The notes under the pieces are model-generated. The model made no database searches. It worked only from the letters and a program-made list of their open reading frames with translations, and had not been told where the DNA came from. A stretch of 32,000 bases of DNA from Desulfovibrio inopinatus DSM 10711 (lineage in GTDB: Bacteria > Desulfobacterota > Desulfovibrionia > Desulfovibrionales > Desulfovibrionaceae): the NCBI RefSeq assembly GCF_000429305.1, contig NZ_AUBP01000029.1:1-32000 (forward strand), given 5' to 3'. Positions 1 to 8,056 of the stretch are shown piece after piece (the first letter of the stretch is position 1; each line of letters begins with the position of its first letter). The position numbers were made by a program, and so were the translations under genes.

Positions 1-2
1 AA

Positions 3-320
3 GCTGATTGCTCAAAAGCTCTCTCGCTCATTCAAGGAATAAACGCTTTATTTCTTATTGCGGACAAGGGATACGACACGCAAAAAATTGTTGATGAAGC
101 ATTAAGAAGAAATATGACACCTGTTATTCCTCCGAGGAGAAACCGTAAAGAACAGCGAAAGTATGATAAGTATATTTATAAGTTACGTCATCTTGTTGAA
201 AACGCATTTTTATACATCAAGCAATGGAGAGGGATAGCTACACGTTACGCAAAAATGACAACTTCATTTCTCGCGGCTGTTCAGATTCGCTGTCTCTTTT
301 GGTGGCTAACAATCTCGTGA
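3..320 (+). mobile_element. IS5-family (IS4/IS5 superfamily) DDE transposase, C-terminal part; 5' end lies outside the window
   Basis: Frame 3 is open from the window edge. It reads ...LIADKGYDTQKIVDEALRRNMTPVIPPRRNRKEQRKYDKYIYKLRHLVENAFLYIKQWRGIATRYAK..., with a stop at 318-320. The ADKGYD and ENxF..K.WRGIATRYxK blocks are typical C-terminal motifs of IS5-group transposases. Confidence 0.85.
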
Positions 321-339
321 CGACACTGCCTAAGTCAGC

Positions 340-949
340 GCCGGTTTGCAATTCAGACTCTGCAAGATGCAAGTGCTTCTGATGGCGTTCTTGATGTGGC
401 TAACGATCATGGCAGACGCTTTACCGTCTGCCCTTATTGTCAATCCACGGATATTTGGCGCTAGGGGTTCAAGGCAGCAAAGCCAAAAAACGTGGACTCT
501 CCAAAGAGCAAATTCCTGTCCTGGTCGTCGAGGACGGACGCGGAAACCACTTTGATCAAGTGCTTGAAAGCGTAGACCAATCTACCATTGGCGTCATTTT
601 GCCGCAGCTGCTTTCCGATGAAAGCCTGCTATGCACAGATGGTGCTCATGTCTACAGTTCGGTCGCGAAAGATTACAAAATTCCGCATGAGTCAGTGCGT
701 TTCGCCAAGCACGGCTATGTCAAAGAGCGGGTTTTTCATGTCCAGCATGTCAACACCTACGACAGCCGACTCAAGACCTGGATGACACGATTTAAGGGCG
801 TTGCAACCAAACTTACCCAACTACCTTGGCTTGGAGACGAATGCTTGAGCGAATTGGAGACCAGTTGTCTCCAATCCGGATCTTCACAATGGCTCTGGGG
901 TAAATTCAACACAAATAGGGGACAGATCCTTGTCAAAATACATTGTTGA
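340..949 (+). pseudogene. Degenerate IS1595-family transposase (frameshifted and internally shortened)
   Basis: A Zn-ribbon-like N-terminus is read in frame 3 (...GRRFTVCPYCQSTDIWR, stop 462-464). The body is in frame 2 (KKRGLSKEQIPVLVVEDGRGNHF...LLCTDGAHVYSSVAKDYKIPHESV...HVQHVNTYDSRLKTWMTRFKGVATK). The expected family tail (TYPTTLAWRRMLERIGDQLSPIRIFTMALG, stop 901-903) is readable only after another frameshift near 810. About 0.6 kb is too short for an intact gene of this family. Confidence 0.7.
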
Positions 950-1180
950 TTGCTAAGTCTCCTTTCCGCCGCTTTTCGGCATTCTATATCACTAAGACTT
1001 AACTCTCGCATTACTCTCAAATTTAAGAATTGGATTTCAGAAGTGTTTTGGATACAGTCGATTCTCGTAGAGAAAAGGTCTTGCGAGGTGCTTCTTTCTA
1101 TGCAACGGGGCCATCCATAGTGATCTCCCAAAAACTTGCCTCTTATATTCAATTCCAGCACCACGCCATGGAGCAATAGC

Positions 1181-3949
1181 ATGCGAGACAAAGACAAAAG
1201 CAAGCAAGAACTCATCACGGAGTTATGTGCAGCTCGGGAAGAAATTGCAAAACTCAATGAAGAGATAAACCCGTCAAATAAGTTAACTAATGAACTTGTA
1301 AATGAAGTGAGCTGTACAAATTTTTATGCACAAAACAAATTGAACAAATTTCTATCTCCGCTCGGCATTGGTTTATATCTCATCAACCGTGACATGGTAG
1401 TGATCTGGACCAACGACAAGATGTCACAACTCTTTCCATATCAAGACCAAATAGGGGAACTATGCCATAAGGTATATCGTAATAGAGATACCACATGCCC
1501 TCAATGTCCAGCCATAGAGAGCTTCAACGCAGGAAAAATTGGACACACTGACTACTATAATCCGGCAAATCGGAGATGGTTTACTATCAGTGCGCAGCCT
1601 GTGCAGGAAAAAACTGGGGAGATACATCAGGTCCTGATGGCGATCACCGACATTACCACACGCAAACGCGTAGAAACAACCTTGCTTGAGAACGAAGCTC
1701 GTCTTCATGGCGACCCTAAAACTGTTCTTGAACGAGAAGGTGGTCATGCCAATTTAGAAATTTCCGACTTCATAGATATTGATGCATTGCAAGCCATGAT
1801 GGATAATTTTCACAAAATAACAGGTATGGTCTTTGCTCTGCTTGATCTAAAAGGCACAGTTCTTATTGCCTCAGGATGGCAAGACATATGCACACGCTTC
1901 CACAGAGTCCATCCAGAAACAGCAAAATACTGTCGTGAAAGTGATGTTGAACTTTCCAAAGGTATCCTCCCAGGAGACTACAAACTTTATCGATGCAAAA
2001 ACAATATGTGGGACATTGCAACTCCTCTTATTGTTGGCGGAAAGCATGTCGGCAACCTTTTCATGGGCCAATTTTTATTTGATGATGAAGAAATTGACAG
2101 AGAATTTTTTCGCCAACAAGCTCAAAAATATGGATTCGATGAGTATGAATACCTGGCTGCTTTAGATCGTTTACCTCGATGGCGTCGCGACACCATAAAC
2201 ACCATGATGCGCTTCTACTCTCAATTGGCTGAGATGATAGCATCTTTAAGCTATGGCAATATAAAGCTCACCTGCTCTATGAACGAAAAAGACGCTCTTT
2301 TTGAGCAGTTGCGCCAAAGCCAGGAACGCCTCTCGCTCGCTGTAAAGGGCACACGGGTCGGACTATGGGATTGGCGGGTGCAGACCGGCAAAGTATTTCT
2401 CAATGAAGAATGGGCCAGCATGGTGGGATATACCTTAAAGGATCTTCAGCCTCTTTCAATCCAAACGTGGACATCGCTTTGTCACCCTGAGGACTTGAAG
2501 GACGCAGAGGCATTGCTCCAAAAACACTTTCAGGGTGAAACGAAATTCTATCGCTGCGAGATGAGGATGCGGCATAAGGAAGGCCACTGGGTATGGGTGT
2601 TGGATCAAGGGAAAGTCTTCGAATGGGACAATAACAGGAAGCCCATTCGTATGGCCGGAACTCATCAGGACATTACGCAGCTCAAACAAGCCGAGCAAGA
2701 ACAGGCCAAAACAAATCGTCAGTTGCAACGACAGTTGGCTTACACGGAGGCATTGCTCAAAGCCATTCCTATCTCAGTTTTTTCCAAAGACACCAAAGGA
2801 CGATACCTGGATTGCAATCAAGCCTTCACAGATTTCATGGGCGTATCAGCTGAGGACATTCGAGGAAAAACCGTTCATGAACTTTGGCCATGCGAACAGG
2901 CTAGAATCTACCATGAGAAGGATCTTGAAATTCTACGCACCCCGACTCCTCAAGTTTACGAAGCCAAAGTCACGACCAAGAACGGCGTTGTCCGCGACGT
3001 GATCTTCAGCAAAAATGTATTTCTCGACGAGGCTGGACGCACAGCAGGCATCATCGGAACATTTCTGGACATCACCCAACGTAAAGAAACCGAAAAGAAA
3101 CTGGAAGAAATGAACCGCAACTTGCAAGGTTTAGTAGACACCCGTACGCAAGATTTGTTGACCAAAACCAAGGAACTGGAAACGGCCAATAGAGAACTTT
3201 TGGCTCTTGACAAGTTGAAGTCAGCACTTCTTACATCTGTCTCGCATGAACTTCGTACCCCCGTGACCTCTGTCCTTGGTTTTGCAAAACTCATCCACAA
3301 AGAATTCTCTAAGCACTTTCTCCCCATATCCAACGATATAAAACATTTAGAAAAAAAAGGTAAGCGCATCCAAAGTAACCTGGAGATAATCCAGTACGAA
3401 GGGAAAAGATTGACCAGGATGATTAATGACTTCCTGGATCTGACCAAAATAGAATCAGGCCGTCTCGAATGGCACGACCGAGTTATAAACCCTGTTGAGA
3501 TCATACATCAGGCTGTCAATTCTGCCAAAGGCCTGTTCGTTCATAAGTCGGAAATTACGTTAGTGAAGAATTTCCCACCAACCTTGCCCGCCATGCGCGT
3601 TGACTCGGATCGTATCGAACAGGTAATTATTAATCTGCTGAGCAACGCGGCCAAGTTTACCCACCAAGGAAGCGTGACGCTGTCTGGCAGCGTCACGCCC
3701 AATGGCATGATTCAATTCAGAGTGTCCGATACCGGCGAGGGCATCCCTCTTCAAGAACAAAGCAAAATTTTCGATAAATTCCACCAAGTATCCAAAAGGG
3801 ACACCCAAGACAACAAGACCGAAGGAACCGGCCTAGGGTTGGCCATCTGCAAGGAGATCGTTACACACTATCAAGGCCACATCAAAGTCAAATCCGAGGA
3901 AGGAAAAGGCAGTGAGTTCATCATTGAATTGCCCACGGGGCTGCCTTAG
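1181..3949 (+). CDS. Cytoplasmic multi-PAS sensor histidine kinase with a PocR-type sensory domain
   Basis: ATG at 1181 is preceded by GGAG at 1170-1173 and is preferred over the TTG at 1136. A PocR-like segment is present (DIDALQAMMDNFHKITGMVFALLDLKGTV...WQDICTRFHRVHPETAKYCRESD). There are several PAS/PAC repeats. Kinase boxes are an H-box SHELRTPVTSVLGF, an N-box NLLSNAAKFT, G1 DTGEGIP and G2 GTGLGLAICKEIV. No TM segment or receiver domain is seen. Confidence 0.9.
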   Translation: MRDKDKSKQELITELCAAREEIAKLNEEINPSNKLTNELVNEVSCTNFYAQNKLNKFLSPLGIGLYLINRDMVVIWTNDKMSQLFPYQDQIGELCHKVYRNRDTTCPQCPAIESFNAGKIGHTDYYNPANRRWFTISAQPVQEKTGEIHQVLMAITDITTRKRVETTLLENEARLHGDPKTVLEREGGHANLEISDFIDIDALQAMMDNFHKITGMVFALLDLKGTVLIASGWQDICTRFHRVHPETAKYCRESDVELSKGILPGDYKLYRCKNNMWDIATPLIVGGKHVGNLFMGQFLFDDEEIDREFFRQQAQKYGFDEYEYLAALDRLPRWRRDTINTMMRFYSQLAEMIASLSYGNIKLTCSMNEKDALFEQLRQSQERLSLAVKGTRVGLWDWRVQTGKVFLNEEWASMVGYTLKDLQPLSIQTWTSLCHPEDLKDAEALLQKHFQGETKFYRCEMRMRHKEGHWVWVLDQGKVFEWDNNRKPIRMAGTHQDITQLKQAEQEQAKTNRQLQRQLAYTEALLKAIPISVFSKDTKGRYLDCNQAFTDFMGVSAEDIRGKTVHELWPCEQARIYHEKDLEILRTPTPQVYEAKVTTKNGVVRDVIFSKNVFLDEAGRTAGIIGTFLDITQRKETEKKLEEMNRNLQGLVDTRTQDLLTKTKELETANRELLALDKLKSALLTSVSHELRTPVTSVLGFAKLIHKEFSKHFLPISNDIKHLEKKGKRIQSNLEIIQYEGKRLTRMINDFLDLTKIESGRLEWHDRVINPVEIIHQAVNSAKGLFVHKSEITLVKNFPPTLPAMRVDSDRIEQVIINLLSNAAKFTHQGSVTLSGSVTPNGMIQFRVSDTGEGIPLQEQSKIFDKFHQVSKRDTQDNKTEGTGLGLAICKEIVTHYQGHIKVKSEEGKGSEFIIELPTGLP

Positions 3950-4486
3950 GATCTTCTGGACACGCTCTTCGCGAAAGCCATGCGACTCAGGGATACACTT
4001 CGCCCCCCCCCAAAAATCACGCCTCGTTTTCCGCTGAAAGCGATATTCTCATTTCCACCACTTCCCACCGCTCGGAACAACCTGATCCTGCTACAAGAAA
4101 GTGGGCTGTCATGCCAGAAACATATTCTTGCCGTTAAAGCCAAGGCCAGGAAAAACGTAGAAAAAATCTGCCAGGTCGTGAGAATATGCGCTATAGGAAT
4201 CAGGAGACATATAAAAGTCCCTGCGGCAGCTAATCCTTATATACCAGAATTCGCAAAGTACTTATGAAAATACAGGAACAGAAAGGATAGCAAATTATTG
4301 TCAGCCATGTCTGCTCGCGAATTTAGAGCACGTGTGACACCATAAGAGGTTAAGCAGCTGGACCGCTCAGCAAGGTTTGCCTTTGAAATGCTTGAGCGGT
4401 ACTGATGGGGAACTGGCACGTACCACTTTTAAAAGGGAATGGGGCTGCGAGGCTCATGACCTACTGATACCGTATGATGAGATAGC

Positions 4487-5035
4487 ATGAACACAACTGA
4501 AGAAGTATGGAAAAAATACCACGCTAACCTGCTCGCTTTTATACGAAAGCGGGTCAACGATAAGGTTGCAGCCGAAGATATTCTTCAGGATATCTTTGTT
4601 CGGGTTCATTCGCGGATCGGCACCCTTGAAAACAGGAGTAGGCTTGAAAGCTGGCTTTATCAAATAACAAGGAATGCCATTATTGATTTCTATCGCTCTC
4701 ACAAGCCGCTGGAAGAGTTACCGGTGTGGCTTGAACAACCGCAAGTTGGCAAGGAGGAAACGAACAGGCAGGAATTATCGTTGTGTCTTGCTCCGATGAT
4801 TCAGCAGCTACCGAAAAAATACCGCCACGCAGTTCAGCTTTCTGAGATCGAAGGAAGAACCCAAAAAGAGGTCGCGGAAATTGAGAACATTTCCCTTTCC
4901 GGGGCAAAGTCGAGAGTACAGCGCGGAAGAGCGCTGTTGAAAGACATGTTTCACGACTGCTGTAAAGTAGAAATTAACACAAAAAATCAAATAGTTGATT
5001 ACATCAAAGAAAACGGCGATTGCAAGTTCTGTTAA
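4487..5035 (+). CDS. ECF-type RNA polymerase sigma-70 factor, SigZ-like, with C-terminal Cys-rich extension
   Basis: Region 2 reads AEDILQDIFVRVH...WLYQITRNAIIDFYR. Region 4 HTH reads EGRTQKEVAEIENISLSGAKSRVQRGRALLK. The C-terminal tail is HDCCKVEINTKNQIVDYIKENGDCKFC (CC...CxxC). Confidence 0.85.
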   Translation: MNTTEEVWKKYHANLLAFIRKRVNDKVAAEDILQDIFVRVHSRIGTLENRSRLESWLYQITRNAIIDFYRSHKPLEELPVWLEQPQVGKEETNRQELSLCLAPMIQQLPKKYRHAVQLSEIEGRTQKEVAEIENISLSGAKSRVQRGRALLKDMFHDCCKVEINTKNQIVDYIKENGDCKFC

Positions 5036-5136
5036 AATTTCTCTCTGATTTTGCGTCCTTTTCGTGATGTCTCCGTCTACCTGAGTAGGAAGCGGAAATG
5101 GTTCCGCGCCAACTCTCATCACGAAAGGAGATAATC

Positions 5137-6039
5137 ATGAAACAACTCAATAACGACGAAATCCGCGATGCAGTACGTAACCACTATGGCAAGACAGCAG
5201 AGGGCTGCTGTGGGGGGCCGGTCCCGAAAGACGCCGAAGCCTGTTGCGTAGCAGATGCCGAGGCAGAGGTGGTCGACGAAAACGCTTGTGGTTGCGGGGC
5301 CACACCATCAAGTGACATCAGCAGCGCCCAAGGGGGGTGCTGCAGCGGACCGGCGCTATCGCCAGATAAAACATCAAAAGCACTTGGCTATTCGTCAGAC
5401 GAGCTGGCATCCCTGCCAGAAGGCGCAAACCTCGGTCTTGGTTGCGGTAATCCTCAAGCCATTGCCTCAATTAAACAGGGCGAGACGGTTCTCGATCTTG
5501 GAAGCGGTGCAGGAATGGACTGTTTTCTGGCAGCAAAGACCACTGGCGCTAGGGGGCTGGTGATCGGGGTGGACATGACACCCGAAATGATTGCCAAGGC
5601 CAAGTTAAATGCCGAAAAAACCGGCGTAAAAAATGTGGAGTTCCGCCTTGGTGAAATCGAGAACCTTCCTGTGGCGGATAACAATGTGGATGTCATCATC
5701 TCGAATTGCGTAATCAACCTGTCGCCTGAAAAGTGGAAGGTTTACTCGGAGGCATTTCGTGTCTTGAAACCAGGCGGTCGTATCGCAGTTTCCGACATTG
5801 TTCTCACGGCGGCGTTGCCGGAAGAACTTCAAAACGACTTGTCCCTCTACACAGGTTGCATGGCCGGTGCCAGTTCGCTTCCGGATATTGAATCCTATCT
5901 ATCCGAGGCGGGGTTCGGCGATATCCGCATTTCGCCCAAGGATGAAAGCCGTGAGTTTATACGCGAATGGGTGCCCGGCAGCAAAACTGCGGATTATGTT
6001 GTCTCAGCGACAATTGAGGCAATTAAACCCAGGGCATAA
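5137..6039 (+). CDS. arsM: Arsenite S-adenosylmethionine methyltransferase (ArsM family)
   Basis: ATG at 5137 follows AAAGGAG (5124-5130). The SAM-binding motif VLDLGSGAGMDCF is present. Positions equivalent to the three conserved As(III)-binding cysteines are present (LGCGNP, SNCVINL, YTGCMAGA). The N-terminal region has additional CC pairs (GCCGG, ACCVAD, CGCG, GCCSG). Confidence 0.85.
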   Translation: MKQLNNDEIRDAVRNHYGKTAEGCCGGPVPKDAEACCVADAEAEVVDENACGCGATPSSDISSAQGGCCSGPALSPDKTSKALGYSSDELASLPEGANLGLGCGNPQAIASIKQGETVLDLGSGAGMDCFLAAKTTGARGLVIGVDMTPEMIAKAKLNAEKTGVKNVEFRLGEIENLPVADNNVDVIISNCVINLSPEKWKVYSEAFRVLKPGGRIAVSDIVLTAALPEELQNDLSLYTGCMAGASSLPDIESYLSEAGFGDIRISPKDESREFIREWVPGSKTADYVVSATIEAIKPRA

Positions 6040-6133
6040 CCGGGCAAGGTGGAGGATATCCAGGCGGGTTCACTTTATCAGACCACTCAGCGACAAATTA
6101 AGGTGAACAGTTTCATAGGCTATGCCGCCTTGT

Positions 6134-6180
6134 GGCCCCAAGTCAGAGAGGGCGCTCCCTCTCTGGCTTGGGGCCTTTCT
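6134..6180 (+). terminator. Rho-independent-type terminator downstream of arsM
   Basis: Arms GGCCCCAAGTCAGAGAGGG and CCCTCTCTGGCTTGGGGCC give a 19-bp stem with one G-T position and a CGCT loop. The stem is followed by TTTCT. Confidence 0.55.
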
Positions 6181-6388
6181 GATATATCTCCATCGGCTTT
6201 CTGCCGTTAAACGCCTTGTGCGGGCGACGATTGTTGCCCCCTTCTTCAAGAGCCTCCCCCGACCTCAAAGAAAGCGACTTCGTAAACTTCCCCACAAACT
6301 CCACACCAATCCACCGAGGCTTAATGTCAAGCGTGACGTTGCCCTCCAGTAACCGGAACCATATTTTTGACCGCTCCTTTGGCCCCAA
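6143..6388 (-). pseudogene. C-terminal remnant of an rve (integrase-core) transposase, IS3/IS481-like
   Basis: The sequence ...ERSKIWFRLLEGNV...FVGKFTKSLSLRSGEALEEGGNNRRPHKAFNGRKPMEIYQKG resembles the GKxERffRTLKxE ... EAleEw..yNnrRPHsALnGktPxEvY tail of rve transposases. There is no catalytic core or start codon. An in-frame TAG lies just upstream. Confidence 0.55.
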
Positions 6389-6390
6389 AA

Positions 6391-6594
6391 GACACCAGGA
6401 GGCTGGCTATTATAGGTGATCTGCGTGCCTTCCCAAAGAAAGCTCCAGCCTTGTGGAATCTCCTTCTTGAACAATTCAAGTCAAAGAAAAGCCGAGAGAT
6501 TTGAAATCTCAACTTTTCCTGAATCAACCTCTCTGCGGATAAAAGTGGCACAGATATTGAGTTTGCTGTGCAGTCGCCGGGGCCATTTCCGGTT
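6391..6594 (-). repeat. Copy 1 of a ~200-bp duplicated module (truncated 3' end of a Gly-rich peptide gene, hairpin and conserved TATAAT block)
   Basis: It aligns with 7855-8056. Shared blocks are GACACCAGGrGGCTrGCTATTATAG, CCTCTCTGCGG and TGTGCAGTCGCCrGGGCCATTTCCGGTT. Only the last codons (TGNGPGDCT) of the peptide reading frame survive, preceded by an in-frame TAA. Confidence 0.75.
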
Positions 6595-6797
6595 TATGCG
6601 AATGCACGAGATTTCCACCAAACAAAAGAATCAAGCTCAACACAAAAAGGCGTTGCACTGGATACAAAAAAGTAGGTGAAGGAAGCAGAAGAAAGGTCAA
6701 ATCCATAAAGAGCGTATCGACTTGGTTGCCCAAGTTGACTCAAAAATGGGAGGATGCTTCCTGAGCGGAAGTGCCTTCCTATTTCCAACAGAACCTT

Positions 6798-7055
6798 CTA
6801 GCTGTGTCGAGAAATGTCTTTGTAGGCTTTTTTTACAAATACATCGAAATCGCTCAGAAGGAATTGCACTTCAAGAGAACTGAGCACGTTTGGAGAGGGA
6901 CGAGAGGAACGAGAGGAACGAGAGGGACGAGTGCGACTCGTACTTTTCGTGAGGAGAGAGGTTGCAACGACTTTTTTACCCTTTGGCTTGAACTCTCCCG
7001 AAAGAAGGAAATCCATTTCTTCCCGGCTGATGAGGGAGTGAATATTATTAGACAT
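6798..7055 (-). CDS. Hypothetical small protein (85 aa) containing an in-frame 9-bp tandem repeat
   Basis: The ATG is preceded by GGAGG about 10 nt upstream and by a long AT-rich region. The N-terminus is MSNNIHSLISREEMDFLLSG. The central RPSRSSRSSRPSP is encoded by the repeat. No recognisable family. Confidence 0.35.
   Translation of the reverse strand: MSNNIHSLISREEMDFLLSGEFKPKGKKVVATSLLTKSTSRTRPSRSSRSSRPSPNVLSSLEVQFLLSDFDVFVKKAYKDISRHS
6893..6931. repeat. Tandem 9-bp repeat, about 4.3 copies (GAGAGGGAC/GAGAGGAAC)
   Basis: Direct reading gives gagagggac gagaggaac gagaggaac gagagggac gag. Confidence 0.95.
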
Positions 7056-7678
7056 GGTTCTCTTGCCTCCATATTCTCCGCTTCACATCACAATGACAAC
7101 GCCAACTACAATTTATATGTACACAAAAGACAGATATGTCAACTACAATAAGCTACTTTTATGAATAACATCACAAAAAAACGATGTGTAATAGTCAATC
7201 ATAAAAAATCAAAGTAAAGAATTATTTTTTTATCAAAAGAAATCAAGCGCACAAACATAAGCTTCATATCAACATGATAAAAACACCTTTATAACAGTTC
7301 GTCTTACACGAAACGAAACATCATCATCTAGATACATAAAAACCTGATAAATACATGACAAATACATCAGAAATCACGATACAAGACATAGTAAATACAA
7401 TCCAGCGTACTCCATTGCGTTTACTACAATATTCAAAAAAAACCAAATCCTCAATAAATACGATGGCAAACAACAAAATGAACTCTCCTACGTCCTAAGC
7501 CATTACATGGAACGAGGCACCGACGAACTGGATCAGAAAAAACTGCCTCCCGCTGACAATCAAGTACGACTCCACACCCGATGTTACGATACTGCTCGGC
7601 AGCACGACGCCTGCTCCTGCTACAAAGTAGTGGACACGAAGTGAAGCCACCATCCTGGCAAGCAAAGAGGAAACGAGG

Positions 7679-7795
7679 ATGAGCAACTCTTACAGAAAAT
7701 ATGATACGGAATTTAAGTATAATGCCGTGATATTGGTTGAAGCAGGAAGAAGTGTCTCTGATATTGCTGACAGCCCGGGAATTACTCTTAAATGA
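7679..7795 (+). pseudogene. N-terminal remnant of an IS3-family OrfA (HTH) transposase
   Basis: MSNSYRKYDTEFKYNAVILVEAGRSVSDIADSPGITLK then stop. It matches the conserved M..rRkYs.EFK..AV.L....g.SvsdvA..lGI start of IS3 OrfA proteins. The rest of the element is absent. A possible left end TGGACACGAAGTGAAGCCACC lies at 7631-7651. Confidence 0.6.
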
Positions 7796-7854
7796 TCATT
7801 GACGAAGAGGGGCTGCGAAAAATACTTTCTGTTTATCTTTCTCTGACCTGAGAT

Positions 7855-8056
7855 GACACCAGGGGGCTAGCTATTATAGTTACGATAAGGATTCTGCGCG
7901 CCTCCCCAAAAGGGAGCCATCTCCACTCTAACCAATTAAAATCAAGGAAGAGCCGGGACATTTGAGGTCCCGGCTCTTCCAGAGTTGGCCTCTCTGCGGG
8001 TATGAGGCAGCATAGATATTTAGCTCGTTGTGCAGTCGCCAGGGCCATTTCCGGTT
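7855..8056 (-). repeat. Copy 2 of the ~200-bp duplicated module (overlaps the 3' end and downstream region of the 8020-8289 gene)
   Basis: See 6391-6594. This copy is attached to an intact gene. Confidence 0.75.
7935..7979 (-). terminator. Rho-independent-type terminator of the small Gly-rich peptide gene
   Basis: A perfect 13-bp stem (GAAGAGCCGGGAC / GTCCCGGCTCTTC at 7947-7979) has a 7-nt loop. It lies 40 nt after the stop codon and is followed on the minus strand by CTTGATTTTAATT. Confidence 0.7.

Noticed and set aside
1136-1180. The TTG start at 1136 for the histidine kinase
   Set aside because: The ATG at 1181 has a GGAG RBS at proper spacing, while the upstream 15 codons have none.
4003-4011. 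A poly-C tract (9 C) as a possible phase-variation switch
   Set aside because: It lies in a non-coding gap downstream of the kinase, with no ORF or promoter spacing that it could modulate.
4414-4430. A sigma-54-like -24 element, TGGCACG, 67 nt upstream of the sigma factor gene
   Set aside because: The -12 element is missing: the sequence at the correct spacing is ACTT instead of TTGC. No enhancer-binding protein is nearby.
6893-6931. The 9-bp tandem repeat or the 200-bp duplication as a CRISPR array
   Set aside because: The units are contiguous with no spacers, or exist as only two diverged copies 1.4 kb apart. No cas genes are present, and no CRISPR array is seen anywhere in the window.
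6771-7151. A plus-strand 126-aa ORF encoding RGTRGTRGTRGT across the 9-bp repeat
   Set aside because: It has no RBS and its start is implausible. The opposite-strand ORF has a GGAGG RBS and is the more credible reading, though it is itself uncertain.
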